Assembly: GCA_964016885.1 (NCBI GenBank)
Contig: OZ024753.1
Coordinates: 17,050,001 to 17,114,000 of the forward strand
Source: Eledone cirrhosa
Lineage: Eukaryota
DNA length: 64,000 nucleotides
Reading direction: 5' to 3'
Under the pieces are notes generated by a model. It ran no database searches, had not been told where the DNA came from, and saw only the letters and a program-made list of their open reading frames with translations. The translations under genes and the position numbers were made by a program. Numbering within the stretch: position 1 is the first letter of the stretch; each line of letters begins with the position of its first letter. Below, piece by piece: positions 29,061 to 42,200 of this stretch.

Positions 29061-29127
29061 TTTTATTATGCGCATTTCAAAAACAAACATCATCAAGCAA
29101 TAATATTTGTGTTTTCATCAGATAAAA
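29061..29127 (-). ncRNA. Type-I hammerhead ribozyme
   Basis: ttttat-CTGATGA-aaacacaaata...tgtttgttttt-GAAATGCGCATA-ataaaa; 6-bp stem I, 8-nt palindromic stem III. Confidence 0.85.
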
Positions 29128-29234
29128 CAGGAGAACATGATATGAAGCCTAAAAAACACTTGTTGATAGTGCAGTTTTAAATCAACATATGAAAAGTGGT
29201 TTTAGATTGATGTGTGATATAAAACTCACCTCCT

Positions 29235-29302
29235 ACATATATGTGTATATATATATATGTGTGTATATATATATATATATGTGTATATATATATATATAA
29301 AC

Positions 29303-29334
<32 letters not shown>

Positions 29335-29477
29335 TATATGTATATACACATATATATATATGTATATACACATATATATATATGTATATACACATATATA
29401 TATATGTATATACACATATATATATACATATACACATATATATACATATATATATATACACATATATATATATATAT

Positions 29478-29516
<39 letters not shown>

Positions 29517-29545
29517 TACATATGTATATATACACATATATATAC

Positions 29546-29612
<67 letters not shown>

Positions 29613-29679
29613 CACATATATATATATATACATATATATATATACACATATATATATATATACATATATATATATACAC

Positions 29680-29710
<31 letters not shown>

Positions 29711-30025
29711 CACACATATATATATATATACATATATATATATACACACATATATATATATATACATATATATATATACACACATATATATATATACATA
29801 TATATATATACACATATATATATACATATATATATATATACACATATATATATATACACACATATATATATATATACATATATATATATACACACATATA
29901 TATATATACATATATATATATACACATATATATATACATATATATATATATACACATATATATATACACATATACACATATATATATACACACATATATA
30001 TATACATATATATATATATACACAC

Positions 30026-30088
<63 letters not shown>

Positions 30089-30364
30089 CACATATATTAT
30101 CCATATACATATATATACACACATATATATATATATACACATATATATATATCAATATACATATATATACACACATATATATATATACACACATATATAT
30201 ATATACATATATATATCTATATACACATATATATATACATATATATATCTATATACACATATATATATATACATATATATATCTATATACACATATATAT
30301 ATATACATATATATATCTATATACACATATATATATATATATATACACATATATATATATATAT

Positions 30365-30405
<41 letters not shown>

Positions 30406-30458
30406 TATATATATACATATATATATACACACAGATATATATATATATATATATACAC
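29235..30458. repeat. (TA)n array with CA interruptions; continues at 31882-32428
   Basis: Direct inspection. Confidence 0.95.
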
Positions 30459-31881
30459 AATCATTAAGGTATTTGAGAGAGTGGTGAGATCGCGAATGAC
30501 CCACTTCCTTGAGAGTAACAATATGCTGAACTCCAACCAGCATGGATTCCGTAATGGAAGGGATTGCCTGACGCAGCTACTGCAGCACTTTGATGACATT
30601 TTGAGAGCCTTGGGAGAGGGTTCCAACACTGATGTTATCTACCTTGATTTCAGCAAGGCCTTTGACAGGGTTGATCATAACATTCTACTGAGAAAGCTGT
30701 CCAATATTGGTGTCACTGGAAAGCTGCTGCAGTGGATCAAGAGCTTCCTGTCAAACAGAACCCAACATGTTGTAGTTGAAAGAGTCAAATCCAGCCCAGC
30801 CAAAGTCAGTAGTGGGGTCCCACAAGGCACTGTGTTGGGCCCACTTCTCTTCATCATCTATATTAATGACATCACTGACATCATCAAACACAGCAACATT
30901 AAAATTTTCGCTGATGATTCCAAGCTCCAAAAGGTCACCAATGGCGTGGATGACCGGATAAGCCTTCAGTCAGACCTACTGGCTGTTACCCAATGGGCGG
31001 AAAAGAACAACATGTTACTGAACGAAGACAAATTCGAACTGATCCACTTTGGAAAAGAGGATGCTCTGAAACTCCCGTACTCCCTTCCCTCCGGGGAAAC
31101 TCTCGTGGCATCTAACAACATCAGAGACTTGGGAGTAACCGTGGACAGCAACATAAGCTGGGCCACGCATATAAGCAGCAAAGTTGACATGGCCCGCAGA
31201 ATGTGTTCCTGGATCCTCAGAACCTTCCAGTCGAGAGATTCCCACACCATTATCCTTCTCTTCTCTACTTTTTCCCGACCACACCCTTGAATACTGTTGT
31301 CCACTGTGGTCTCCCCACACGAAACAAAGTATCATGAAACTTGAAGCTCCTCAAAGGGCAATCACGAAAAAGATAGATGGCATGTCAGACCTTGACTACT
31401 GGGGTCGACTAGAAAACCTGAAACTTTACTCACTCCAACGTCGCCGTGAGCGTTATATTATCTGCATGATGTGGAAAATGTTCCATCATCACTGCCCAAA
31501 TGATGTTGGCATCGCCTTCAAGATACACCCAAGGCTTGGGCCCCGTGCTATCCGTCCCATACAAAAATCTAAATCGCAACTCATAACAACAATACGGCAC
31601 AATTATTTCACCTCAATCGGCCCTGCTCTCTTCAACATCACACCAGGACACGTCAAAACAGAAACTGACCACACAAAATTCAAGAAGTCTTTGGACAAAT
31701 TCCTCCAAGTAATCCCGGACAAACCACCCACACCCGGATATGTCTCCGCAAACAGTAATTCTCTTCTCGAATGGGCGATGGTGCCCAAATCCTGAATTGA
31801 AAGACTTCGCCAGGTGGTGCTATTAAGTTAGACATGGCCTGGGCCAATACTGGCCAAAACATTTCAAAGTTATTCAAAGTT
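30459..31881 (+). mobile_element. 5'-truncated CR1/Jockey-group LINE (RT domain to 3' end), +1 frameshift ~31285
   Basis: [54 protein letters not shown]; tail ttcaaagttattcaaagtt; near-identical copy at 62240-63117. Confidence 0.9.
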
Positions 31882-31891
31882 ATATATATAT

Positions 31892-31944
<53 letters not shown>

Positions 31945-32073
31945 TATATATATACACATATATATATACATATATATATATATACACACATATATATATA
32001 CACACATATATATATATACACATATATATATATACATATATATATATATACACACATATATATATATATACAC

Positions 32074-32126
<53 letters not shown>

Positions 32127-32237
32127 TATATATATATACACATATATATATACATACATATATATATATACACATATATATATACACATATATATATATA
32201 TACACATATATATATATACACACATATATATATATAC

Positions 32238-32268
<31 letters not shown>

Positions 32269-32335
32269 CATATATATATATACACACACATATATATACA
32301 CATATATATATATACATATATATATATATACACAC

Positions 32336-32366
<31 letters not shown>

Positions 32367-32371
32367 CACAC

Positions 32372-32427
<56 letters not shown>

Positions 32428-32578
32428 TAGATTTTGAGTATATGTTGGTTGTATACCAACACCTCAGTATGCAGGCTGGAGCACTCGACGAAGTGCGCAG
32501 GTTGGTTTGGTTACTCCGGAGTAATGTAAAATAAAGTTAAATAAAAAGTCAAATGTTTAAAATTTAGCTTCGTTTATT

Positions 32579-32633
32579 ACTGCTATATATATTTCAGTGA
32601 CAGTCATCTTTTGCTGTGACCTCTTCAGGCAGT
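32579..32633 (-). ncRNA. Type-I hammerhead ribozyme of the Naiad-like PLE
   Basis: ACTGC-CTGAAGA-ggtcacag...ctgtcact-GAAATATATATA-GCAGT; perfect 5-bp stem I. Confidence 0.85.
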
Positions 32634-33171
32634 CCGAATTAGTGTGGTATAGACAAGTACATATGTTGTTGAGGTGTATAATATTGTTAATACTCTGATA
32701 TGCCCAGGTCCTGGTTGAGTTGTTATTTCACTGAGGAACTGGAATCATATGAATTCAAACAAACGAATTTCAGTGTCAAAGGGCCTCTCCTCCTCTCATT
32801 GGTCAGTTGTTAGAACATTCCTCATTCTAAGTGTTGTTATTGTTGGAGTTAGCTTAAAGAATTGATAAAGTGGTAGAAGGGACGAGGTGTTAAAGGAACA
32901 AAATAACTTGACTTGAAAGTCAGAAATCAAGTAAATTAAAATGTGTTTGTGTTATATAGTTGTTGGCCAAATTATAATGGCTGTGTCCGATTCAATCTCT
33001 AGGCTATCATGGTGTCTGCTCAGCCTGGGTTGTTCCCTATGGTTTGAGGGGAGTTCACAACCTAGGGTGTTGTTACTACCCATATAGCTTGAGGGAGGTC
33101 TGGCTGAGAGGTGTTTACATGTTCTGTAGAAGTCCCTATAGCTTGAGGGGAGTTCACATCTTCTTGTGTTG

Positions 33172-35250
33172 CTACTGTCCATATATCTTGAGGAAGGTCC
33201 CGGCTCTAAGGTGTCTGCATGTCCCGAAGAATTCGGTTCTGAGGTTTATCAGGCCGCTTCCACCTCTTAGTATCTCGAGGGTCTCGTTCAGGCATAGTTT
33301 GCATATGCAAGATCCCCCTTTATCGGGTGGTACTTTCCTGATTATGTACCAGGCCAGAGAGTACGGGGTCCTGTCCAGCTTAAGCTTCCAGATCAGTTCG
33401 GAGAGAGCCGTGCTTTTCTTTTTGGCCTCCTTATTGAATGAATGGCGATGGTTGTACCAGTGGTCTTTAAAGCTCGTTGATGTGGCTCCTATGTAGGTGT
33501 TCGGAGTTGGGGGTTTTAACCCTACAACCGTATACTAGGTTCTTCTTGAGGAATTCATTACCAAGGGGGCATGAATCGGGGTTTCTGCAGTTGCAGAGGG
33601 TGGTCGACCTCTGCGTGCCTAGATTAGGGTTCCCGTTATGTGTTACATGTTGGTCTTCCCCCAGGCACGGTGGGGGTTCCCCGGGTCTGTTTGGGTTACT
33701 TGGGTGGGCTCTGGGTCCCCCCTCCCCTCCTTTCACATGGTTCTGCTGAGTGCTTGTATTGCCATCTTCTGGTTGTGTGTGGTTTTTAAGCCTACTCCTG
33801 TTGATGCTAGCTATGTGTTGGGCCAAATTTCTCGTGGTGGAATACGAGAGCTTCACAGTGTGTCTGTTGAAGATCCTGTGGTATCTGTGGTCCCTCGGGA
33901 ATCAAGTGCTCCAAAGAATGATCGGGCCAAGCTGTTCTTTAGGGCCGCTGAGTAGGGTGGGTTGTACCACGTGATTTTTCGGTGTCACCGCCTATATGTG
34001 TGGGTCGGGGGCGTTGTGATTTGTTGGAGATTTGTTGGGTTGCTGGTGGTTTCTGCACTGTTGCTTCCCATTTGGGCGCTATGCTTTTTGTTATATTCAC
34101 GGCCGGAATCTGTGGGGTGGTCTTTTCCCGCGCTGGGCGATCAATCGTGGGGTGGTCCCCCGTTTCCCACCCCCTACGTGTCCTGCGGTTGGGGTCGTCG
34201 GTCCTGGGGTGGTTATGTCACCCCTGAGACTGTTACTCATATTGTTTTGTCTCGTGGTTAAGCGTACTAGTCATCACCGCCCGTGTGGTGGTGTCGGGCA
34301 CATGGGGCCTATTTGTTTCGGCTCTGCTTGTATTGTTAGGGTTCGCCCCCCCCCGGGTAACGCGGGTGTGGGTGTCTGTTGGGCTATCCCCATCCCGGCG
34401 TTTCGGACTATATGTTATATTTTGGCCATGTGCCGCCTTCTTTAGAGCTGCGTTGTAATATTCCGCGTATTTATTGAATATTTCCTTACTTGCGCACAGG
34501 TTGGAGATCCTGTCCGAGGCACTCTTCTCCACTGCCTTGGTTATGGATCTCGGGTTGTTTTATTTGGCGTTAACATATACGAGTTTCTCGTTGGGCTTGC
34601 GGTAGGGGTAGTATTGTTCAGGTTTAGGGTGGTGTCTAGGAAGTTAACTACCTTCCTATTTGGGTCTATTTCTATACTGAGCCCCTGGTTCTTAAAGAAA
34701 TGGCGAATACGTCTCCTCATTCCCTCCAACATATTGGTGCTGTGGTCATATACTGTGAATAGAGCATCCTCACGGTATAATCTGCCGCCCAGGCACGGGA
34801 TTTCATCTTTTATCTGCTTCAGCAGGTAGAGCCCAACCAGGTCCGTTACCTGTGCTGAGTCGCTGGAGCCCATCGTGATGTCAAAGTTATTTGGCCAATC
34901 ACTCCTGGTCCAAAGGTCTCCATCGAAACGGAATAAGGTCTTTCTTGCGGCGTGGATGATGCTCACCTCCTCTCGGGTTAGGTCCGTATTGGACATCGCT
35001 AAAAATAGGGCCTTATTAAGTACTATGGGTGAGATTGAGGAGTAGTAGCTTGCGATATCCAGTTATATAAAGCTGGTCCTACTTTTCTCATGCAGGATTT
35101 TAAACCATTCTATTACTTCTCTCGTGCATGACCATTGCTGTAATTTAGTTTTCTTCCGAAGCTTGGGCAAAATCCTATCCAGTATTCTTTTACTGACGAT
35201 CCCTAGGTCAGATCTGGAGGAGGCTATTAGTCTGACAGGGAGGTCAGCTC
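33172..35250 (-). pseudogene. Frameshifted PLE RT-GIY-YIG polyprotein
   Basis: ORF pieces 35063-35260, 34541-34996, 34233-34532, 33467-33856; manual translation TYIGATSTSFKDHWYNHRHSF...ICKLCLNETLEI...TCRH. Confidence 0.85.
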
Positions 35251-35390
35251 CCAATGCCAAAGTTTGGTGCTAGTCCCTCCAGGATTTTCCACATGTAGAT
35301 CACTGCGTATCTCTCCCGTCTTCGCTCCAAGGAGTAGAGGTTCAGTTCCTTTAGCCTCTCCCAGTAGCTTGTCTCCCTCATCTTGGCAAT
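35251..35390 (-). mobile_element. Fragment of another CR1/Jockey-group LINE
   Basis: Translates [46 protein letters not shown], homologous to the C-terminus encoded at 31375-31515. Confidence 0.8.
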
Positions 35391-35681
35391 GCCATTTCAT
35401 CCGCAGAGGTTACCCCCCTCTCTCGTCCACACCGCTCTCACCCGCCTCCGTGCTGTCCACCGCTCCACCACCCTCACCCCACGCCACAGCATACCCATCC
35501 ACTGTCTCCCCTCCTCATCACCTACCACCCCTCCACCAAACTCCTCCACCGCACCATCCTCCGCTGTATACATATATGTATGTACATATACATATATATA
35601 TATATATATATACGTATATATATATATATATATACGTATATATATATATATATATACGTATATATATATATATATATATAC

Positions 35682-35715
<34 letters not shown>

Positions 35716-35926
35716 TTTCTGAATTTGTTTAGCAAGATTCTTTATCTGAAATCGTGTGTTGAAACCGATATTGTTATACTTTGGGAGGGTCATGTTGCCA
35801 ATAAGAAACACACGCACCAGTTGCTTTCACTTCAATTTAATTTAATATATATTTATAAATTTACAAATTTATAAATTTCTGGTTGGTTGGTTGGTTCCAC
35901 AACCAGATAGTTGTTTATATATATAT

Positions 35927-35971
35927 AGTCATAGTTCTTTCGTCACACACTCTGTGACCTCTTCAGTGACT
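35927..35971 (-). ncRNA. Hammerhead ribozyme in left pLTR
   Basis: Mirror of 42960-43004. Confidence 0.85.
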
Positions 35972-36260
35972 GGGGATTTCTTTCTTCGTTTCTGTGCCTT
36001 TCCTTTCTTCTATCCTACGCCATTTTGTTTGTGTGTGGGTTGCGTGCTCAGTTTGCGCATGCGCCACATCCTGGTGTCTGTGTGTGTTTGTGTTTATTTT
36101 TCTATTTATATTTGTTTGTTTATTTATTTATTTATTGTTGGTTGGTTGTTTGTTCTATGTGTGTGTGTGTTTTCATTTTGTCTTGTGTGTGTTTTCATTT
36201 TGTGTGTGTTTTCAATTTTAAGTTGTTTGTTCTATGTGTGTGTGTGTTTTCATTTTGTCC

Positions 36261-39200
36261 TTAATTGTAAGTTGTGATGTTGCTGTTCCACTCATATTTT
36301 CTATTTAATTTTGGTTTTAATTCTTTTATGCTTACTGCCTCTGTAATTTGCCTAAACATTGCGTCTTTCTTGTGTGTGGATTCTATTTTTATTTCTATGC
36401 TCTCTAATTTACCCCTGTGTTCTATCTTAGCATGTTGGTAGAGCACAGATGATTCTTTACTATCTTGGAGGTCTCGCCAGTGTTCATTTATTCGTTCCCC
36501 TATACTACGAGCTGTCTCACCTATGTACACTATATTTTTGTTTCTACATTGTCCCTCAGTACATCTTATGCTATATACTACATTTCTAGTTTTACAGTTA
36601 ATATGGGGGCTTATTTTACAGGTTATACATTTCTTATCTATACATGAGGGTCTTTGGAACGGGTATGTCTTGCTAATAAGTGTTTTTACGGAGGTACCAG
36701 GTCTTTCTACTATCTTAATATTGAGATTATGTTTCTTTAGGGCCCTTCTAAATTTGTAGGCTAGTTCGCCTCTAGGGGTTGTATTGATGAACATTACACT
36801 CTGGTATTTATTGCTATCATACCATGAGTTTATTCTATTGGCCTTGTTCTTAGTTCTTTCTATTCTATTCCAAAATTTGCTCCTATACAAGGGGCAGGTC
36901 CCATTTATGTCATTATTTACCATTTTTTCCCATTTGGTTCTGGCTCCTTTATACACTCTGATTCTATCTCTCTGATTGTAGCCAGAGAACTGCATACGGT
37001 GGATGAAGTGTTGTATGTGTCTCTCTAGTTCTTCGGGGTTGCACATGCGGGACACATTTCTCATCACCCGTATCAAATCCGCAATCAGTATGTTGATTTT
37101 GGTATGGTCCGAAATGGCCGAGTTTCGGTGGATCAGATGTTTGGAAGTCATGGGTTTGGAATAATGGGAATGGAGGATTTGTTTTTGGTTGTTAATAGTA
37201 TCTAACCAGAGCTCTGTGTCTAGTACAGGTAATCGATGGTTGGGGTGTCTACTTGGGTAGTCTATAGTAACTCTAATGCTCTGGTGGATGGAGTTTGCTA
37301 TTTGCTGGATGCTTTCCATTGTGTTTTTCTCAGGTTCCTGACTGTTCTTTAGTGGGGGTGTCTTAACTACGATGTTTATATCATCTACGTAGCGGGAGTA
37401 CATTATCAGGTTTAAGCTGTCTTCTAATTGTTCTTTAAGTTTTTGTTTAAGTCTACTGTCCCACCATACCATGAACAAGTTAGCTATGTCGCCTGCAATG
37501 CTAACACCAATGGCTGCTCCTTCCTCTTGGGCATATGTTTTACCATTAAATTTGAACATATGTTCCTTAAGGGTTAATTTTATGCTGGCCCCTACCGCAT
37601 GTGCAATCATTTTCTTCAGTTCATCGTGGTTTTCGGGTGTCCGTATGGCTCTGGTCCACCCGTTCCATCTATCTGTGTGGGTTTTCTTGGCCATTGAGGT
37701 AATGGTAGGTGGTCCGCCTCTTGCTGGTCTTGTAGGGCACAGGTTGCTAAGGTCATAAGTGTCTAGGTAACTATTACTATGGGTAAGCTTAAGTAGAAGT
37801 CCCAGCTCACTGGTATCAATCCCACGGAACTCAACCTTGCTCTCGCTGATCATTTCGACGCATTTCTCCACAGCAAAATCCACGTCAATAGATGGATACA
37901 GGGACACAACATCCATACTGCCTATTATGCAGTTTGTTAGGTCCCCAGATCGGTTACCCGCGCCGATTCTGCTGAGGAGGTCCTCCGTGCTGTCACACAC
38001 ATCTGGGGACATCTCAATGATGGGGCGTATGATCAGGGAGAGGAAGTAGGACAGTCTGTAGTTACTAGCAATGTTAGCCCCACAGACTGGCCGTGTTGGT
38101 GGTCCCGCGACAGGGTCCCAGCCCGTTTTATGGTCTTTTCGAAGCCCATACAACGCCGGCACGTCATTGTTCCAGGCCTGGAAGTTGTTGGCAGTCCTTT
38201 TGTTGGGCTGCATTATATTTGTCCACATCACCATATGGGCATTGAGGGTTTTTTCTCTATCCTCATGCTCCTGTGGTGTTACCTCTCTTGTGTTAGTGAT
38301 GTGGGGTTGCATTGCCTGGATGTAGTTTGGCAGGCTGTCAACCGACATTCTGCCAGACTTGTCTGTTGGAAAGCATGCTATCTCTCCATTACGCGAGCGC
38401 TGCATGAGCTTACGCAAGCCATTTGCAGATTCTTCTCCCAGTTGCTGGGCCTCTATTCTATTATGCTTCTTGCTATACTGTTCTATAATATTTCTAAGTT
38501 CGGATTTAGCTATACTAAATTGTGCTTCTGTTTGTTCATCGACCTGCGACGGCAACTGCGTGCGTTTGTTAAATGGCAAAGTCGTGGCGTGGACTCGTCG
38601 TAGGTCGAATGATTTATCGGAGGGGTTATAAAACGGAGAGTTCCAGGCTGCTGCTTTATGTGTACTAGTGCTATTGTTAGTTGTGTTGTTTCTATTTCCA
38701 CCAACAGCAGCAGCCTCAGCTTCATGGTTGTTTCTATGTCTCTCATAATTACTCCTGTCTCTTTCCACTGGCTCAATGTTGTTATCTACCCTATTTTGTG
38801 TGTCTGTGTGTTCGTCTTGGTTATTCTCTTTGTCCTTAGTCTCCCTACTCCTTTTAATCCTATTACTTTCTCTTATTTCTCTGATTTCTGTGCTACTGTC
38901 ATTACTTGTTTTCTGTGTCTGTGTGTTTGTTAAGATTGTAGTGGTGGTGAGAGGCATTGAATGTGTGTGTGTTGTTGTTGTTGATGTGTGTTGTTGTTGA
39001 TGTGTGTTGTTGTCTCCGTGTGTGTGTGTGTTATCGTTGTTGTGTGTGTTGTTATTGTTGTTTGTGTTTGCGTGTCTGTTGTTGTTGTATCTGGGTATGT
39101 TGCTGTTGTTGTTGTTGTTGATGTGTGTGTTGTTGTTATTGTTGTCTCCGTGTGTGTTGTTATTGTTGTTTGTGTCTGCGTGTCTGTTGTATCTGGGTAT

Positions 39201-39275
39201 GTTGCTATTGTTGGTATTGTATCTGGGTATGTTGCTATTGTTGTTGTTATTGTTGTTTGTGTCTGTGTGTCTGTT
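36261..39275 (-). CDS. PLE reverse transcriptase plus GIY-YIG endonuclease (5'-truncated inverted copy, frame open)
   Basis: PTDKSG, SMDVVSLYPSI, GAAIG, YSRYVDD, VLD, CxxxxCxxC linker, VVYSIRC..C..YIGET, LN motifs. Confidence 0.9.
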   Translation of the reverse strand, partial: NRHTDTNNNNNNNSNIPRYNTNNSNIPRYNRHADTNNNNNTHGDNNNNNTHINNNNNSNIPRYNNNRHANTNNNNNTHNNDNTHTHGDNNTHQQQHTSTTTTHTHSMPLTTTTILTNTQTQKTSNDSSTEIREIRESNRIKRSRETKDKENNQDEHTDTQNRVDNNIEPVERDRSNYERHRNNHEAEAAAVGGNRNNTTNNSTSTHKAAAWNSPFYNPSDKSFDLRRVHATTLPFNKRTQLPSQVDEQTEAQFSIAKSELRNIIEQYSKKHNRIEAQQLGEESANGLRKLMQRSRNGEIACFPTDKSGRMSVDSLPNYIQAMQPHITNTREVTPQEHEDREKTLNAHMVMWTNIMQPNKRTANNFQAWNNDVPALYGLRKDHKTGWDPVAGPPTRPVCGANIASNYRLSYFLSLIIRPIIEMSPDVCDSTEDLLSRIGAGNRSGDLTNCIIGSMDVVSLYPSIDVDFAVEKCVEMISESKVEFRGIDTSELGLLLKLTHSNSYLDTYDLSNLCPTRPARGGPPTITSMAKKTHTDRWNGWTRAIRTPENHDELKKMIAHAVGASIKLTLKEHMFKFNGKTYAQEEGAAIGVSIAGDIANLFMVWWDSRLKQKLKEQLEDSLNLIMYSRYVDDINIVVKTPPLKNSQEPEKNTMESIQQIANSIHQSIRVTIDYPSRHPNHRLPVLDTELWLDTINNQKQILHSHYSKPMTSKHLIHRNSAISDHTKINILIADLIRVMRNVSRMCNPEELERHIQHFIHRMQFSGYNQRDRIRVYKGARTKWEKMVNNDINGTCPLYRSKFWNRIERTKNKANRINSWYDSNKYQSVMFINTTPRGELAYKFRRALKKHNLNIKIVERPGTSVKTLISKTYPFQRPSCIDKKCITCKISPHINCKTRNVVYSIRCTEGQCRNKNIVYIGETARSIGERINEHWRDLQDSKESSVLYQHAKIEHRGKLESIEIKIESTHKKDAMFRQITEAVSIKELKPKLNRKYEWNSNITTYN

Positions 39276-39276
39276 C

Positions 39277-42200
39277 TTATTACTCAAGAATGTAATAAGC
39301 ACTTTAACAGAAAATTAAAGTGGCTTAAACAGGCAAAGCTAAATCGGGATACTATAGAGTATACCAATAGATATCCCGACAAAATTGACGGTATCAACAT
39401 GGCCGACACCTCATTATCTGAAGAGTTCAACAATGAAAATACCAACATTTATGGAAACACGAAAATAGATAATAATGAAATGTCTGTGTTACGTCTGCCA
39501 CCCAAATTTGCGACATTCAAGAAGGTAAATATGATTAGTTGTCTGTCAGAAATAGAAAAATCATTTACGAAACTACGCTGGAACATCAAAAACAAAAACA
39601 AAAGCAACAATATACGCACACACATATACAACACACATCCCAACAACAACAGACACACAGACACAAACAACAATAACAACAACAATAGCAACATACCCAG
39701 ATACAATACCAACAATAGCAACATACCCAGATACAACAGACACGCAGACACAAACAACAATAACAACACACACGGAGACAACAATAACAACAACACACAC
39801 ATCAACAACAACAACAACAGCAACATACCCAGATACAACAACAACAGACACGCAAACACAAACAACAATAACAACACACACAACAACGATAACACACACA
39901 CACACGGAGACAACAACACACATCAACAACAACACACATCAACAACAACAACACACACACATTCAATGCCTCTCACCACCACTACAATCTTAACAAACAC
40001 ACAGACACAGAAAACAAGTAATGACAGTAGCACAGAAATCAGAGAAATAAGAGAAAGTAATAGGATTAAAAGGAGTAGGGAGACTAAGGACAAAGAGAAT
40101 AACCAAGACGAACACACAGACACACAAAATAGGGTAGATAACAACATTGAGCCAGTGGAAAGAGACAGGAGTAATTATGAGAGACATAGAAACAACCATG
40201 AAGCTGAGGCTGCTGCTGTTGGTGGAAATAGAAACAACACAACTAACAATAGCACTAGTACACATAAAGCAGCAGCCTGGAACTCTCCGTTTTATAACCC
40301 CTCCGATAAATCATTCGACCTACGACGAGTCCACGCCACGACTTTGCCATTTAACAAACGCACGCAGTTGCCGTCGCAGGTCGATGAACAAACAGAAGCA
40401 CAATTTAGTATAGCTAAATCCGAACTTAGAAATATTATAGAACAGTATAGCAAGAAGCATAATAGAATAGAGGCCCAGCAACTGGGAGAAGAATCTGCAA
40501 ATGGCTTGCGTAAGCTCATGCAGCGCTCGCGTAATGGAGAGATAGCATGCTTTCCAACAGACAAGTCTGGCAGAATGTCGGTTGACAGCCTGCCAAACTA
40601 CATCCAGGCAATGCAACCCCACATCACTAACACAAGAGAGGTAACACCACAGGAGCATGAGGATAGAGAAAAAACCCTCAATGCCCATATGGTGATGTGG
40701 ACAAATATAATGCAGCCCAACAAAAGGACTGCCAACAACTTCCAGGCCTGGAACAATGACGTGCCGGCGTTGTATGGGCTTCGAAAAGACCATAAAACGG
40801 GCTGGGACCCTGTCGCGGGACCACCAACACGGCCAGTCTGTGGGGCTAACATTGCTAGTAACTACAGACTGTCCTACTTCCTCTCCCTGATCATACGCCC
40901 CATCATTGAGATGTCCCCAGATGTGTGTGACAGCACGGAGGACCTCCTCAGCAGAATCGGCGCGGGTAACCGATCTGGGGACCTAACAAACTGCATAATA
41001 GGCAGTATGGATGTTGTGTCCCTGTATCCATCTATTGACGTGGATTTTGCTGTGGAGAAATGCGTCGAAATGATCAGCGAGTGCAAGGTTGAGTTCCGTG
41101 GGATTGATACCAGTGAGCTGGGACTTCTACTTAAGCTTACCCATAGTAATAGTTACCTAGACACTTATGACCTTAGCAACCTGTGCCCTACAAGACCAGC
41201 AAGAGGCAGACCACCTACCATTACCTCAATGGCCAAGAAAACCCACACAGATAGATGGAACGGGTGGACCAGAGCCATACGGACACCCGAAAACCACGAT
41301 GAACTGAAGAAAATGATTGCACATGCGGTAGGGGCCAGCATAAAATTAACCCTTAAGGAACATATGTTCAAATTTAATGGTAAAACATATGCCCAAGAGG
41401 AAGGAGCAGCCATTGGTGTTAGCATTGCAGGCGACATAGCTAACTTGTTCATGGTATGGTGGGACAGTAGACTTAAACAAAAACTTAAAGAACAATTAGA
41501 AGACAGCTTAACCCTGATAATGTACTCCCGCTACGTAGATGATATAAACATCGTAGTTAAGACACCCCCACTAAAGAACAGTCAGGAACCTGAGAAAAAC
41601 ACAATGGAAAGCATCCAGCAAATAGCAAACTCCATCCACCAGAGCATTAGAGTTACTATAGACTACCCAAGTAGACACCCCAACCATCGATTACCTGTAC
41701 TAGACACAGAGCTCTGGTTAGATACTATTAACAACCAAAAACAAATCCTCCATTCCCATTATTCCAAACCCATGACTTCCAAATATCTGATCCACCGAAA
41801 CTCGGCCATTTCGGACCATACCAAAATCAACATACTGATTGCGGATTTGATACGGGTGATGAGAAATGTGTCCCGCATGTGCAACCCCGAAGAACTAGAG
41901 AGACACATACAACACTTCATCCACCGTATGCAGTTCTCTGGCTACAATCAGAGAGATAGAATCAGAGTGTATAAAGGAGCCAGAACCAAATGGGAAAAAA
42001 TGGTAAATAATGACATAAATGGGACCTGCCCCTTGTATAGGAGCAAATTTTGGAATAGAATAGAAAGAACTAAGAACAAGGCCAATAGAATAAACTCATG
42101 GTATGATAGCAATAAATACCAGAGTGTAATGTTCATCAATACAACCCCTAGAGGCGAACTAGCCTACAAATTTAGAAGGGCCCTAAAGAAACATAATCTC

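Larger units (their letters stand above)
32429..35250 (-). mobile_element. Decayed 5'-truncated Penelope-like element, Naiad-like
   Basis: Fragments LPVRLI, FDITMGSSDSAQVTDLVGLYLL, LYREDA (YRDD-like), NFLD, YNPPYS, CNCRNPDSCPLG, LVY..YIG, CKLCL..CRH; hammerhead in 3' end. Confidence 0.85.

Noticed and set aside
38988-39275. Val/Cys-rich N-terminus of the 1224-aa ORF as a real membrane or signal domain
   Set aside because: It is the antisense of the inverted arm's AAC-rich tract, in frame by chance.
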